64,000 nt of DNA, from the NCBI GenBank assembly GCA_964016885.1, contig OZ024763.1:6572001-6636000 (forward strand), read 5' to 3'. Position 1 is the first letter of the stretch; the number at the start of each line of letters is the position of its first letter. The notes under the pieces were generated by a model. It was not told where the DNA came from. It saw nothing but the letters and a program-made list of their open reading frames with translations, and did no database searches. A program made the translations under genes and the position numbers. Shown here in pieces: positions 1-12,841 of this stretch. Source of the stretch: Eledone cirrhosa. Its lineage: Eukaryota.

Positions 1-121
1 ATACATGCATAGATATACACATATCGTATTTAATTCAAACTCTTTAAATATTTTGTTCGTTGTAAAAGATCCTATAGCAATGACAACAGAAACTGTAATC
101 AACTTCTATATATTAAAAGTA

Positions 122-228
122 ATTGTTTCTACGTTTGGCACAAGGCCAGCAATTAACCAGTGCATTACTGGTACTTTATTTTATCGACCCTGTAAGGATG
201 AAAGGCAAAGTTAACCTCGGCGGGATTT
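122..228 (-). mobile_element. tRNA-derived SINE family A (octopus OK-like), partial
   Basis: Shares CCGAGGTTAACTTTGCCTTTCATCC...GGTCGATAAAATAAAGTACCAG...GGCCTTGTGCC with many copies in the window. Confidence 0.8.
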
Positions 229-387
229 ATTAAAAATAATATAAAACATATCTTCTCTGTTTCTTTCCTTCTTTCTTTCATCATTATTTCGTTCTGTTTC
301 ATTGTTTGTGGGGCGGGTGTGTGTGTGTGAGTATTTCGCTTTTGTTTTTTTCAATATATATATATATATGGCCCCACTCTTGTCCTG

Positions 388-510
388 TGGATTTGGCAGA
401 ATTGGTAGAGCGTCAGATAAAATGCCATCGGGGTATTTTTCGGGTTCTTTACATTTTTTCGAGTTCAAATCCCGTTAAAATCAACAAATACTGGGGTTGA
501 TTTAATCAAC
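388..510 (+). mobile_element. SINE family A, tRNA-like head with internal deletion
   Basis: A box TGGCAGAATTGGT and B box GAGTTCAAATCC. Confidence 0.65.
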
Positions 511-618
511 TTTCTCCTCCTTCCTTGTATAAGAGTTTCTGAGAAAATAATGAAACCATTTTCAATAAATTTATAAAGAAATGTACTAAAACCCTTTTTT
601 CCTCTCTCAAAATGTCCT

Positions 619-683
619 GGTAAAACCGTAAAACCAGGGCGTGTCTTATACGATGGTGCGTCCTATAGGCCAGCAAATACGGT
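619..683 (-). mobile_element. pogo/Tigger-like MITE terminus
   Basis: Reverse complement CCGTATTTGCTGGCCTATAGGACGCACC..TATAAGACAC resembles 48245 TACCGTAATTGCCGGCCTATTAGACGCC..CATAAGACGC. Confidence 0.45.
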
Positions 684-779
684 CAGTTCTATCCCAGCTT
701 GATAAAATATCCTATGTACCAGTGTACATTACCATCAACGGAAATACAATCACATGAAAAAGTCACAGGGGTGCGTAGG

Positions 780-1015
780 AGGGGTAATGTCTTTTTGGTG
801 GGGGTGGGTTGGTTTTGTGTATTTTTGGTGGGGGTGGGTGTTGTGTATTTTTGGTGGGGGTGGGTGTTGTGTATTTTTGGTGGGGGTGGGTGTTGTGTAT
901 TTTTGGTGGGCGGGGCTGTTGTGTATTTTTGATGGAGGACGGGTGGGTGGGGCTTACATTTGGCAGCAGGGGAAATGTTTTTTGGTGGGGGTGGGTGGGG
1001 TGTATTTTTGGTGTT
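780..1015. repeat. G-rich minisatellite, about 27-bp unit
   Basis: Tandem TTTTTGGTGGGGGTGGGTGTTGTGTA. Confidence 0.85.
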
Positions 1016-1219
1016 TTATGTGTCTTTTTCTTCTTTATATCTTGAGAGACAATTCCATTGTTTTAAATTTAAATAAATTACATTTTTGCTTTGTTTTGTT
1101 TGTATTTTTTTTAAATGGTATTTAAATAAAACGTAATTTCTTTTCTCTCTCCTACATGTGTACAAACATGTAGGTTGAATATGTCACGGTTGAATAGTTA
1201 CAGGGGTTTTGGTTTGTTT

Positions 1220-1460
1220 TCCTCTCTCTCTCTCTCTTCCCCGCCCCCTAGCTCTCTCTCTCTTCTCCCGCCCCCTAGCTCTCTCTCTCGCTTCCCCGCC
1301 CCCTAGTTCTCTCTCTCGCTTCCCCGCCCCCTAGTTCTCTCTCTTTCCCGCCCCCTAGCTCTCTCTCTCTCTCTTCTCCCGCCCCTAGCTCTCTCTCTTC
1401 CCCCGCCCCAGCTCCCCCCTTCGCTCTCTCCGTCTTCCCCGCCCCCTAGCTCTCGCCCTC
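1220..1460. repeat. C/T-rich minisatellite
   Basis: Tandem CCCCGCCCCCTAGCTCTCTCTC variants. Confidence 0.8.
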
Positions 1461-1710
1461 TTCCCGCCCTCTCTTTCAATCCGTGTCTCTCTTTCTTCCC
1501 CACTCTCTCTCTTTCAATCAGTCTCTCTCTTCTCACCGCCCTGCCCTTCCACTCTTTCCTCTCTCTCTCTCTCCCTATTTCTCTGCCCCTCTCTCCCTCT
1601 GACATCCCTCCCACCCACTCTCTCCTCCCCGCTCACTCCCTGTGCTTTGTGTTTTGTTCATTTAAAAAAATAATTCTTATTTTATATAAAAAAGAAATGT
1701 CTATCTATCT

Positions 1711-2865
1711 TCAGTTGTCAATTTCGTCGCTGTCCTCCTTCTCCACTTTGCTGTGACATTTACAGAACGGGAACATTCTCGAGATTTCAGCCCAGAATTT
1801 ATGGTCGCAGACTGCGTATATGGTGGGGTTAAGGGTGTAGAGTTGGTAGGAGCGAAGGAAGAGGTTATATATGACCTCACTGAGGGGCATCAGGTTGCCC
1901 AAGTTACCGACGATCGTCCGGTAAATCATAAGGATATGATAGGGTATGAAACTGACCGAGAAAAAGGCAGTCGTTAGAAAGAGCTTCATGGTGGTCCGGC
2001 GTAGTTTGTACAAATGATGGTGGCCATTCTTTTTGTCTATTGTCGCCTTCCTGGTCGGCGAGGTGGGGCCGCTGGTGTTGATTTTGATGTTATTGACGGT
2101 CGGATCGCTTTTGCTCTTTCCTTTGGCCATCATCAGAGTTATTTCGTTGCTGGCCAGACAGTGGAAGCTGTTGCGACTGGCCATTAGGTAGTTTGTGCCG
2201 AAGGGGGAACTCTTCTTGTGCCGCCGTAGTTTCTGCCATATGAAGATGTAGAGCAAGCTGAGAGGGATGAGGATGGCTACGAAGAGGATTAGCAAGAAAC
2301 CGTAATAGATCTGGGGGAGGCTGGATGACTTCATTGAATAATCGGAGGAGCACTCACTGACCAATATGTTGGAATCGATCTCGAATGTGTGCGGTCCATA
2401 TATAAAGTAGACTGGAACGGACAAGAACAACGCCACCAAGGCAGATATAATCGATATTTTCACCGCCATTCGATATCCTAATTTCGATCTCTGCGGTTTG
2501 CAGACGCACAGGTAGCGATCGACAGCGATTGAGAGGAGGATGAAACCGGAAGCGATGGCAGTGGCGGTGATGTGCATGCGCTGGAACTTACACGTGGGTA
2601 GATAGTAATAAGGGTACCTCATCTCAACTATCTCCATGGGTAACGTGACACTGCAACATATGAGATCGTAGATACCCAGGAAGAGTATGAAGCAATTAGT
2701 GGTGGTTGGTTTAATTAAAGAACCGTAGATATAACATACCAAGGAATTACCCAAAATCCCTAAAACCATCGTGACCCCGATATATACTGACACAGGGATA
2801 TACAAGATGGCTTTTTTGTTATTCACGTCCATAAATTCATTCTCTGTTAAATTCATTGTGGCCAT
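1711..2865 (-). CDS. Intronless rhodopsin-family (class A) GPCR, orphan peptide-receptor-like, 384 aa
   Basis: Uninterrupted ORF with seven hydrophobic segments. Motifs: GN in TM1 (LGILGNSLV), IAVDRY at the end of TM3, Cys at the top of TM3 and in ECL2, SFIPYH in TM6, NPTIY (NPxxY) in TM7, N-terminal NLT sequon. GC is much higher than the flanks, and an in-frame TAA lies directly before the ATG. Confidence 0.95.
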   Translation of the reverse strand: MATMNLTENEFMDVNNKKAILYIPVSVYIGVTMVLGILGNSLVCYIYGSLIKPTTTNCFILFLGIYDLICCSVTLPMEIVEMRYPYYYLPTCKFQRMHITATAIASGFILLSIAVDRYLCVCKPQRSKLGYRMAVKISIISALVALFLSVPVYFIYGPHTFEIDSNILVSECSSDYSMKSSSLPQIYYGFLLILFVAILIPLSLLYIFIWQKLRRHKKSSPFGTNYLMASRNSFHCLASNEITLMMAKGKSKSDPTVNNIKINTSGPTSPTRKATIDKKNGHHHLYKLRRTTMKLFLTTAFFSVSFIPYHILMIYRTIVGNLGNLMPLSEVIYNLFLRSYQLYTLNPTIYAVCDHKFWAEISRMFPFCKCHSKVEKEDSDEIDN

Positions 2866-3124
2866 TTAAAGGAACTATATAAATATATATACACCCACAG
2901 GGTATATATATATTTATATATATGTGTGTATAAATATATGATATAAGTTCTGAAATACGTATACAACGCTCTTACACGGATGCTGTGGTAGCCGTGATAT
3001 GATCACAGTTTGAAATACTCACAACCTGTTTGAGTACGAGTTTATTGTACATAATCATATTCCATATGATTCCGTATAGGCTTTATTTAATCCTGAATTA
3101 CTTTGTGTTAGTGCTGTTGCTAAA

Positions 3125-3340
3125 TATAAATATATATATAAATATATCAAATATTTATCAATATATATCTCCCTCTATATAAATATATCAAATATTTATC
3201 AATATATATCTCCCTCTATATAAATATATCAAATATTTATCAATATATATCTCCCTCTATATAAATATATCAAATATTTATCAATATATATCTCCCTCTA
3301 TATAAATATATCAAATATATATCAATATATCTATATATCT
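3125..3340. repeat. AT-rich tandem repeat, about 41-bp unit, upstream of the GPCR
   Basis: ATAAATATATCAAATATTTATCAATATATATCTCCCTCTAT repeated about 5 times. Confidence 0.85.
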
Positions 3341-3805
3341 ATAAACAAAATACATAAATTAAAATTGTGCATGTATGGTATGGTTTCCGTCTTCGACTTC
3401 TTGAAAGCCCCGTAGGAGACGCTGCTTGGTTGTGTTCTTCAAACAAGTCTTTGGAATTCTAGATGTTTTCTTATTTTTTCTTTTAATATCACAGATATAT
3501 CTCTTAAGAAATCTTAAGTTAATATCATCCACGTATTTTATGGTCTTTATATATATACACACACATTTATATATGTATATATATGTGTGTATATTGAATG
3601 CAAAGTATTTTATTTTCTAAGTGTTGAAGGGTTATCAAGTTCATGAAAATATGGAGGAAACTCAGACACAGAAAATAGCTGTAAACACAGCTGTTTGGTA
3701 AATATAATAGCAAAGAGAATCGGATAAAATACTCCCCTTAAAGAAGTCAGCGGCTGCTACGAGGAATCAAACGTTCCAGTCTTTTAGATACCGACTGATT
3801 GTGCT

Positions 3806-3901
<96 letters not shown>

Positions 3902-4094
3902 CCTGATTAGTTTTTTCGTTGTTTTGGTAGTGTGTGGCTAGGTTTACCTGCCGCAATTTTTAATTTGTCAAGCTGTCTAAACGTATGTTATTACTCTAAG
4001 GCCTGCAACCTTATTGAGTGCTTTGCCGCACATTCCTAATTGTAGGTCGTTAGTTTGGCCACAGCCAAAGCTTCGATTTTACTAAGCTTCCGCT

Positions 4095-4151
<57 letters not shown>

Positions 4152-4421
4152 GTTGATGATACAACAGTATATGATTTACATTTTCGACGCTTCAATGTCG
4201 ATGGGGTACACACAGGGGTTGGTAAATAAACACCTTTTATATGTTGTATATAATTGATTCTGATGATTTCTCTAGAACGGTATTGAAAATAACTTCCTTT
4301 GGAGGATGAAACATATGTAAATCAAATAACCAGTGTATTCATTGTTAAACCTTGGTGATCTATTATTTGCCCCCAGCGTGGCCTCAGCCGGATGGCTGGA
4401 ACAAGTAAGAGAGTATAAGAG

Positions 4422-4457
<36 letters not shown>

Positions 4458-5097
4458 GGCAACAACGATGTGTATATAAGAATAAGCTGACTGTGGAAAT
4501 ACAGACATATAATCACACGTAAAGTGTTATCGTCTATTGTGTGTGTTTATATATATATATTATATGTGTGTGTGTATATATATATATATATATGTAAGTT
4601 ATTTTTTCGTATCTCCCTTTGTATTGTCTATATATTTTACCCGGAAATTGATGACGTCATCGTTGTTGTTGAAATGATTGATAATGGCTTATTGTCTTCA
4701 ATACTATATATAGTAAATACTTGTGGTGTTGTTGTTGTTGTTGTTGACGGTGGTGGTGGTGGTATTGATGTTGGTGTTGCTGGTGGAGATTGCGACGTCG
4801 TTGGTAGTGCTGTTGTCATCTTACTAGTTTACAACTGACAGTTGTTGTTGTTGTTGCTGCTGTTGTAGTTGTTGTTGCTGCTGTTGTGTTGTTGTTGTTG
4901 TTGTTAGGAATTGGTGACGTTGTCATTTCACAAGTTACAGTTGACTGCTGCTGTTGGTGGTGTTACTGGTGCAGTGACTAGACACAACAACAACAACTGC
5001 AACGACACCCATTCATCACTCTCCTTCACAATGGCTGTAGAAAAACAAAAAGAGAAATATATAAAGTTACAATAAACTTAAAATAACTGAATAGAAA

Positions 5098-5305
5098 ACA
5101 TTTTCTATTTTAGGCACAAGGCCAGTAATTTGGGAGTGGAATATCGATTAAGTCTACCCCAGTGCATTACTGGTACTTTGGTTTATCGATCCCGTAAGGA
5201 TAAAAAGCAAAGCTAACCTTGGCAGGATTTGAACTCAGACTGTAAAGCGCCGTAACTCTATGCCGCAAAGCATGGCGTCCAACACTACCGATTACTGCCA
5301 ACTCA
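5098..5305 (-). mobile_element. SINE family A, near full length
   Basis: Head (rc TGGCAGTAATCGGT..GAGTTCAAATCC), core and 3' tail all present. Confidence 0.8.
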
Positions 5306-5570
5306 CCAATCAACAACAGTAATAACAGCGTATGGTGGTACGACCTTTCATTTAATTTGGCATGGGTGTATATGGACTGTGTAGCAGAAAATGCAGGCTT
5401 TGTAATTTTCTTAGAGTGTGATCAGGGAAAGAAGTGTCAAAAACTAGGATTGTCATGTGACCAAAATGTAAGCTGAAATTGACTTTTATTTGGAAGAACG
5501 AGATTGGGGGCGTATAGCTGGGAGAAGGGGAACCATAAGTGGTCTTCTTTCCAGTTCTCAAATTCTTCAT

Positions 5571-5614
<44 letters not shown>

Positions 5615-5623
5615 ACATACACA

Positions 5624-5992
5624 CTAGCTGACGTACCCAGCTTCGCCCGGGTAAACAGATGATAAAAGAAGACAGGTAGAAGAGAAAATGACTGTATTGG
5701 ATGTTTGCCTAGTTTACAGTATGAGGTGAGACCACGGTGTGTGTGTGTTACTAAAAAATAAACAGTAAACAAATCTTCCAGATACACCAAATTCTTCATG
5801 TTGCTGTTCGTACATAGTATATGAAGATTTCTTGGTGTTTCCATCCACGAACAACTTACATATAACTGCCCATGGGTAAAAAGTGATTCTCTTGTATTCA
5901 ATTCTACAACTTTGAAACTCTGAGCCTGAGCTTTATTTACGGTCATAGCAAAACTGGCTCTAACAGGGAACTGAAGTCTTGAGAATTTGAAG
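5624..5992 (-). mobile_element. Helitron 3' end with Pif1-type helicase C-terminal fragment
   Basis: Translation FSRLQFPVRASFAMTVNKAQAQS..FTHGQLYVSCS matches the QFP..FAMTINKAQGQ..HGQLYVA..SR helicase motifs. Terminal hairpin ACCCGGGCGAAGCTGGGT is followed by CTAG and then T. Confidence 0.85.
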
Positions 5993-6362
5993 ATGTGTAT
6001 GTAACTTACTAAGGCATAACGTACGTAACAAACGCGCAAACACACACACTCACAGGCACATACACACTCACAGGCACATACACACTCACAGACACATACA
6101 CACTCATGTACAAAATGTGACATCGTCGTCGTGTTATAAAATATCCGTTTACTTATAGTTGTCTATAGTAGATTATTTTAGATAAAGTGTTATATTGTTT
6201 TAATCCAAATGAAAATAAAAATTATATGTTGTCACTCCCGGGTCTGATACCTTGTAAAATTTGATTTGATTTGGTCGAGCTGTTTTGGATGCATAAGGAA
6301 AAGACAGAGGGACAAAGAATTTTATATATATACACATACGCATTTATACACACACACACACC

Positions 6363-6409
<47 letters not shown>

Positions 6410-6445
6410 CACGCGCACACACATATATATATATACATACACACG

Positions 6446-6495
<50 letters not shown>

Positions 6496-6587
6496 CATAC
6501 ACACGCGCACACACATATATATATACATACACATGCACACATATACATACACACACACACACGGACACATGTATGTATATATATATG

Positions 6588-6618
<31 letters not shown>

Positions 6619-6724
6619 CCAAGCCCTGTTCTACATCGTAACTCCAAAATATCATTTATCCTTTTCTGCCACCTTGTTTACATGTCAACCATTCACTGAC
6701 GAAAGCTAGATTTAAAATGGCAGG

Positions 6725-7150
6725 CAGCTTTCTAGATATATATAAATATAAACACTTTAAAACATGGGTTGGTTCCACGTGATTTTGGAATTAAAAGGAT
6801 TAAGCTGGTGTTTGGAACATAACTTAACCAAGGTTCTTTGAGAAATTTATGATGGAAGGTTGTTTAGATAAATATAAACACTTTAAAACAAAACAGTTTT
6901 GTATCATAGAACTAGGGGTGATTTCACATGGGTTTGGCATCAAGAAGATTAAGTTGGTGTTTGGAACATAACTTAGCCAAGGTTCTAACATCAATTTATT
7001 GAGGAAGGATTCAAGATAAGTATAAATATTTTAAATTAAACAGTTTTGTGTCATAGAACCTGGGGTAGTGGTTTCAGGGGGCTTGGAATATAATTTAACC
7101 GAGGTTCTTTGAGGAATTTATGATGGAAGGTTTCTAGATAAATATAAACA
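6725..7150 (+). mobile_element. Tandem internal fragments of a piggyBac-like (TTAA) MITE
   Basis: Three repeats of TTGGAA(C/T)ATAA(C/T)TTA.CC.AGGTTC..GGAAGG..TAGATAAATATAAA, shared with 14230-14590 and 39600-39920. Confidence 0.55.
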
Positions 7151-7152
7151 CA

Positions 7153-7950
7153 TTAACCCTTTCATTGCCATATTTCTAATGAAAGACACTACCTATGTCA
7201 TTAACCCTTTCATTACCATATTTCTAATGAAAGACACTACCTATGTCATTAACCCTTTCATTACCATATTTCTAATGAAAGACACTATCTGTCTTTAACC
7301 CTTTCATTACCATATTTCTAGTGAAAGACACTACCTATGTCATTAACCCTTTCATTACCATATTTCTAATGAAAGACACTATCTGTCTTTAACCCTTTCA
7401 TTACCATATTTCTAGTGAAAGACACTACCTATGTCATTAACCCTTTCATTACCATATTTCTAATGAAAGACACTGTCTATGTCTTTAATCCTTTCCTTCT
7501 CATATTTCTAGTGAAAGACACTGTCTATGTCTTTAACCCTTTCATTACCATATTTCTAGTGAAAGACACTACCTATGTCATTAACCCTTTCATTACCATA
7601 TTTCTAATGAAAGACACTGTCTATGTCTTTAATCCTTTCCTTCTCATATTTCTAGTGAAAGACACTGTCTATGTCTTTAACCCTTTCATTACCATATTTC
7701 TAGTGAAAGACACTGTCTATGTCTTTAATCCTTTCCTTCTCATATTTCTAGTGAAAGACACTGTCTATGTCTTTAACCCTTTCATTACCATATTTCTAGT
7801 GAAAGACACTGTCTATGTCTTTAATCCTTTCCTTCTCATATTTCTAGTGAAAGACACTGTCTATGTCTTTAACCCTTTCATTACCATATTTCTAATGAAA
7901 GACACCGTTTGTGGTTTTCAATTAATTTTGAAAATAATCAAGATTTTGTG
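7153..7950 (+). repeat. 48-bp satellite array built from the MITE left end, array 1
   Basis: Unit TTAACCCTTTCATTACCATATTTCTAATGAAAGACACTGTCTATGTCT, about 16 copies, followed by MITE body sequence. Confidence 0.9.
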
Positions 7951-8348
7951 GGGATCTAGTACTATAACTAGCTGTCACGTTATTAAGTTTGTCTCTCTGG
8001 AAGACATTTGCTGTATTCAGGCCCGGAGAGGGATAGGCTCCACCAGGCTTAAACTGGCCAAGAAACGCCGTATATCACTGCTACTTCCCTACCACTCTAC
8101 CAGGAGTTACAGGTCTATACTATATGTGAATATATGTGATATTAGCATTAATCGCTTATTTACCATATTGCCAATGAAACACACATGTGTGTGAGTGTAT
8201 TGCGTACTACTATATATTGGCAACTGTGTAGAGTGTAAATTGTATAAAAGATTGATTGATAGTGTCAGTGTATCGAGTATCGATTACATTAGTGTATGTG
8301 TTGTGTGATGTGTTTGATTAAATTGAGTTAAAATTATGAAACGATTAA

Positions 8349-8361
8349 CAAAAAGAAAAAA
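8349..8361 (-). terminator. Pol III oligo-T terminator of tRNA-Pro
   Basis: TTTTTTCTTTTT starts about 7 nt downstream of the tRNA 3' end on the minus strand. Confidence 0.75.
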
Positions 8362-8368
8362 TTATATT

Positions 8369-8440
8369 GGGCTCGTCCGGGAATTGAACCCGGGACCTCT
8401 CGCACCCGAAGCGAGAATCATACCCCTAGACCAACGAGCC
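8369..8440 (-). tRNA. tRNA-Pro, anticodon CGG
   Basis: Reverse complement is GGCTCGTTGGTCTAGGGGTATGATTCTCGCTTCGGGTGCGAGAGGTCCCGGGTTCAATTCCCGGACGAGCCC. Intact cloverleaf, anticodon arm CTCGC-TTCGGGT-GCGAG, A and B boxes present. Confidence 0.97.
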
Positions 8441-9513
8441 AGACACTAATTACTTACATAAATATCAATGTCATTAAGAGTTTCTTTCTTTTTATTATAT
8501 AGTTTGTCATGGAGTTGGTGTCGTCCTGGTTACATCTCTCCTTCCTCTTCCTCCCCTCTTCTTCCTCTTCCACCTCTCCTCTTCCTCCCCTCTTCTTCCT
8601 CTTCCACCTCTCCTCTTCCACCTCTCCTCTTCTTCCTCTTCCACCTCTCCTCTTCTTCCTCTTCCACCTCTCCTCTTCCTCTTCCACTCCTCCTCTTCCT
8701 TTTCCTATATCTCATCCTCCTCCTTTTCCTTTTCCTATATCTCATCCTCCTCCTTTTCCTTCTCTCTCTCCCTCGTCTATCCCACATATAACTCACTCTC
8801 ACTCACTCTCTATCTCACTCTTTCACCACCTCCCCCCTCTTTCACCACCTCCCCCCTCTCCCACACCACCCTCCCCCTTCTATCCCACACCACCCTCCCC
8901 CTTCTATCCCACACATACACTCACACTCTCTATCATACTATCACTATTTCACCCCCTCCCTCTCTCATTCTTCCCCCCCACTCATCCCTCCCACACTCTC
9001 TCTCACCCCTCCCCCACTCTCTCTCTGCTTCCACTACCCCCACTTACACTCTCTCACTCTAGACTGCGGACTATGGCCATGCTGGGACAATGTCCTGATT
9101 TACTCAGTCCTGGGACACACATCTCTCTCTCTCCCCCTCTCTCTCTCTCTCTCTGTATATATGTATGTGTGTGTGCCTCTATATATGTATGTGTATGTGT
9201 CTCTATATATGTGTGTATATATGTATGTGTGTCTCTCTCTCTGTATATATGTATATATGTGTGTATATATGTATGTATGTGTGTATATATGTATATATGT
9301 GTGTGTGTGTCTCTCTCTCTCTGTATATGTATATATGTGTGTATATATGTATGTATGTGTGTATATATGTATGTATGTGTGTGTGTAAGAATTATAACCA
9401 AAGAGAAACGCCAAAGATAAGATAATTATAAAATAAACCCAAAATTTGAACAATTTAAAACATTTAACTCCGTTGAAAGAGTTTTAAGATAGTAAAACAC
9501 TTTAGAAGTCCTT

Positions 9514-11215
9514 CCCTCTACTGTCCTATACAGCTAGATCTACCCTTCATTAGCCCTTCTCACCCTCTACTGTCCTATACAGCCAGATCTGCCCTTCTTT
9601 ACCCCTTCTCACCCTCTACTGTCCTATACAGCTAGATCTACCCTTCATTACCCCTTCTCACCCTCTACTGTCCTATACAGCCAGATCTGCCCTTCTTTAC
9701 CCCTTCTCACCCTCTACTGTCCTATACAGCTAGATCTACCCTTCATTAGCCCTTCTCACCCTCTACTGTCCTATACAGCTAGATCTGCCCTACTTTACCC
9801 CTTCTCACCCTCTACTGTCCTATACAGCCAGATCTACCCTTCTTTACCCCTTCTCACCCTCTACTGTCCTATACAGCTAGATCTACCCTTCATTAGCCCT
9901 TCTCACCCTCTACTGTCCTATACAGCCAGATCTACCCTTCATTACCCCTTCTCACCCTCTACTGTCCTATACAGCTAGATCTACCCTTCATTACCCCTTC
10001 TCACCCTCTACTGTCCTATACAGCTAGATCTACCCTTCATTACCCCTTCTCACCCTCTACTGTCCTATACAGCCAGATCTGCCCTTCTTTACCCCTTCTC
10101 ACCCTCTACTGTCCTATACAGCCAGATCTACCCTTCATTACCCCTTCTCACCCTCTACTGTCCTATACAGCTAGATCTACCCTTCATTACCCCTTCTCAC
10201 CCTCTACTGTCCTATACAGCTAGATCTACCCTTCATTACCCCTTCTCACCCTCTACTGTCCTATACAGCCAGATCTGCCCTTCTTTACCCCTTCTCACCC
10301 TCTACTGTCCTATACAGCCAGATCTACCCTTCATTACACCTTCTCACCCTCTACTGTCCTATACAGCTAGATCTACCCTTCATTACCCCTTCTCACCCTC
10401 TACTGTCCTATACAGCTAGATCTACCCTTCATTACCCCTTCTCACCCTCCACTGTCCTATACAGCCAGATCTACCCTTCTTTACCCCTTCTCACCCTCTA
10501 CTGTCCTATACAGCCAGATCTGCCCTTCTCACCCTCTACTGTCCTATACAGCCAGATCTACCCTTCTTTACCCCTTCTCACCCTCTACTGTCCTATACAG
10601 CTAGATCTACCCTTCATTACCCCTTCTCACCCTCTACTGTCCTATACAGCCAGATCTACCCTTCTTTACCCCTTCTCACCCTCTACTGTCCTATACAGCT
10701 AGATCTACCCTTCTTTACCCTTTCTCACCCTCTACTGTCCTATACAGCCAGATCTGCCCTTCATTACCCCTTCTCACTCTCTACTGTCCTATACAGCTAG
10801 ATCTGCCCTTCTTTACCCCTTCTCACCCTCTACTGTCCTATACAGCTAGATCTGCCCTTCATTACCCCTTCTCACCCTCTACTGTCCTATACAGCCTGAT
10901 CTACCCTTCATTACCTCTTCTCACCCTCTACTGTCCTATACAGCCAGATCTGCCCTTCTTTACCCCTTCTCACCCTCTACTGTCCTATACAGCTAGATCT
11001 ACCCTTCATTACCCCTTCTCACCCTCTACTGTCCTATACAGCTAGATCTACCCTTCATTACCCCTTCTCACCCTCTACTGTCCTATACAGCTAGATCTAC
11101 CCTTCATTAGCCCTTCTCACCCTCTACTGTCCTATACAGCTAGATCTACCCTTCATTACCCCTTCTCACCCTCTACTGTCCTATACATCCTTATCTGCCC
11201 TTCTTTAACCCTTCC
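9514..11215. repeat. 49-bp minisatellite, about 35 copies
   Basis: Unit CCCTCTACTGTCCTATACAGCTAGATCTACCCTTCATTACCCCTTCTCA, highly homogeneous. Confidence 0.95.
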
Positions 11216-11227
11216 ACTTTTTTTTCA

Positions 11228-11360
11228 TGGCCCTTTACGTTCTGAGTTCAAATCCCCGCGAGGTTAACTTTGCCCTTCATCCTTACGGGGTTGATAAAAT
11301 AAAGTACCAGTAATGTACTGGGTAATTGCTGGCTTTGTGCCAAAAGTAAAAACAATTATT
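11228..11360 (+). mobile_element. SINE family A, 5'-truncated
   Basis: B box, core and tail match the family. Confidence 0.8.
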
Positions 11361-12643
11361 TATATAATTAATTATGGGAAATTAAATAATTTAGATAAAT
11401 TCCCTTTAAGATAGAAAATACTTCAGATAGAACAGAACATTTTTAGAATAGATTTTAGTATAATTAGAAAAGCTTTTAATTTAATTAAAAAAACACAGAA
11501 CAGTCCACACCCTGTTGTGTGTGTTGTTGTGGTGTGGTGGTGTGGTGTTGGGGTGTGGTGGTGGTGGTGGTGTGGTGTTGGGGTGTGGTGGCGGTGGTGG
11601 TGTGGTGTTGGGGTGTGGTGGCGGTGGTGGTGTGGTGTTGGGGTGTGGTGGCGGTGGTGGTGTGGTGTTGGGGTGTGGTGGCGGTGGTGGTGTGTTAAAG
11701 TGTAGTGGTGTGGTGTTAAAGTGTAGTGGTGGTGGTGGTGTGTAGTGTAATGTGGTGTTGTAGTGTGGTGGTGTGGTGTTAAAGTGTAGTGGTGGTGGTG
11801 GTGTGTAGTGTAATGTGGTGTTGTAGTGTGGTGGTGTGGTGGTGGTGTGGTGTTAAAGTGTAGTGGTGGTGGTGGTGTGTAGTGTAATGTGGTGTTGTAG
11901 TGTGGTGGTGTGGTGGTGGTGTGTGTGTTTTGTGTGGGGGTGGTTGGGTGTGTATGGTGGTGTGGTGTGTGTGTAGTGGTGTGGTGTTTGTGTGGGATGT
12001 GGTGGTGTAGTGTTGTGTGGTGTCTGTGGTGGTGTGATTGGGTGTGTATGGTGGTATCTGTGTGTGTGTGTGCGTGTGTGTGTGTGGTGGTAATGTGTGT
12101 GTGGTGGTAATGTGTGTGTGTGTGTGTGGTGGTAATGTGTGTGTGTGTGTGGTGGTAATGTGTGTGTGGTGGTAATGTGTGTGTGTGTGTGTGGTGGTAA
12201 TGTGTGTGTGTGTGTGTGGTGGTAATGTGTGTGTGTGTGTGTGGTGGTAATGTGTGTGTGTGTGTGGTGGTAATGTGTGTGTGTGTGTAATCTATCAAAA
12301 CAGCCCAGAAACCTCCAAAGAGATCCACCCATGTACGACGCCATTATAACTTACAAGATATGAGCTGTAAATTATATTTCCATCCAGATCATTCAACATT
12401 TAAAGTCGTCCTCTTCCCCCCTCTTTAATTATTTCCTTTAATTATATTAATTAATCGTCTTATTTTCTCATTAAATTACCCCCCCCCCCCTCAATATTTC
12501 CTTTCAATTTCATTTTATATTTAAATTATTAAAAACTTCTATTACAATTTTATGATCTATTTTTCCTCAACTTTCCTTCCAGTTGCTCTTACCACTCATT
12601 AGTTCATTTATTAATTTTCAACATGATTTAATTACATTATTCC

Positions 12644-12841
12644 TGGATTGGCAGTATCGGTAGAGGGTCAGACGCCATACTTTGCAGCATAGAGTTACGA
12701 CCCTTTATGATCAGAGTTCAAATCCCACCGAGGTTAACTTTGTGTTTCATCCTTACGGGGGGGGGGGGGTCGATAGAATAAAGTACCAGTAATACACTGG
12801 GGTAATTGCTGGCCTTGTGCCAAAAGTAGAAACAATTATTC
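12644..12841 (+). mobile_element. SINE family A, full length
   Basis: GGATTGGCAGTATCGGTAGAG..GAGTTCAAATCCCACCGAGGTTAAC..GGCCTTGTGCCAAAAGTAGAAACAATT. Confidence 0.85.

Noticed and set aside
4255-4310. CTGATGA...GAAA motif
   Set aside because: No convincing stem I or stem III closure.
6690-6735. CTGACGA followed by an AAGCT/AGCTT hairpin
   Set aside because: No GAAA or stem I partner. At most a truncated HHR.
7415-8194. MKDTVYVFNPFITIFL repeat ORFs (also 23372 and 38957)
   Set aside because: By-product of a 48-bp unit divisible by three that derives from a MITE end.
9514-11215. Regular 49-bp (and 48-bp) arrays resembling CRISPR
   Set aside because: Units are contiguous with no unique spacers, the context is eukaryotic and there are no cas genes. 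These are ordinary satellites.
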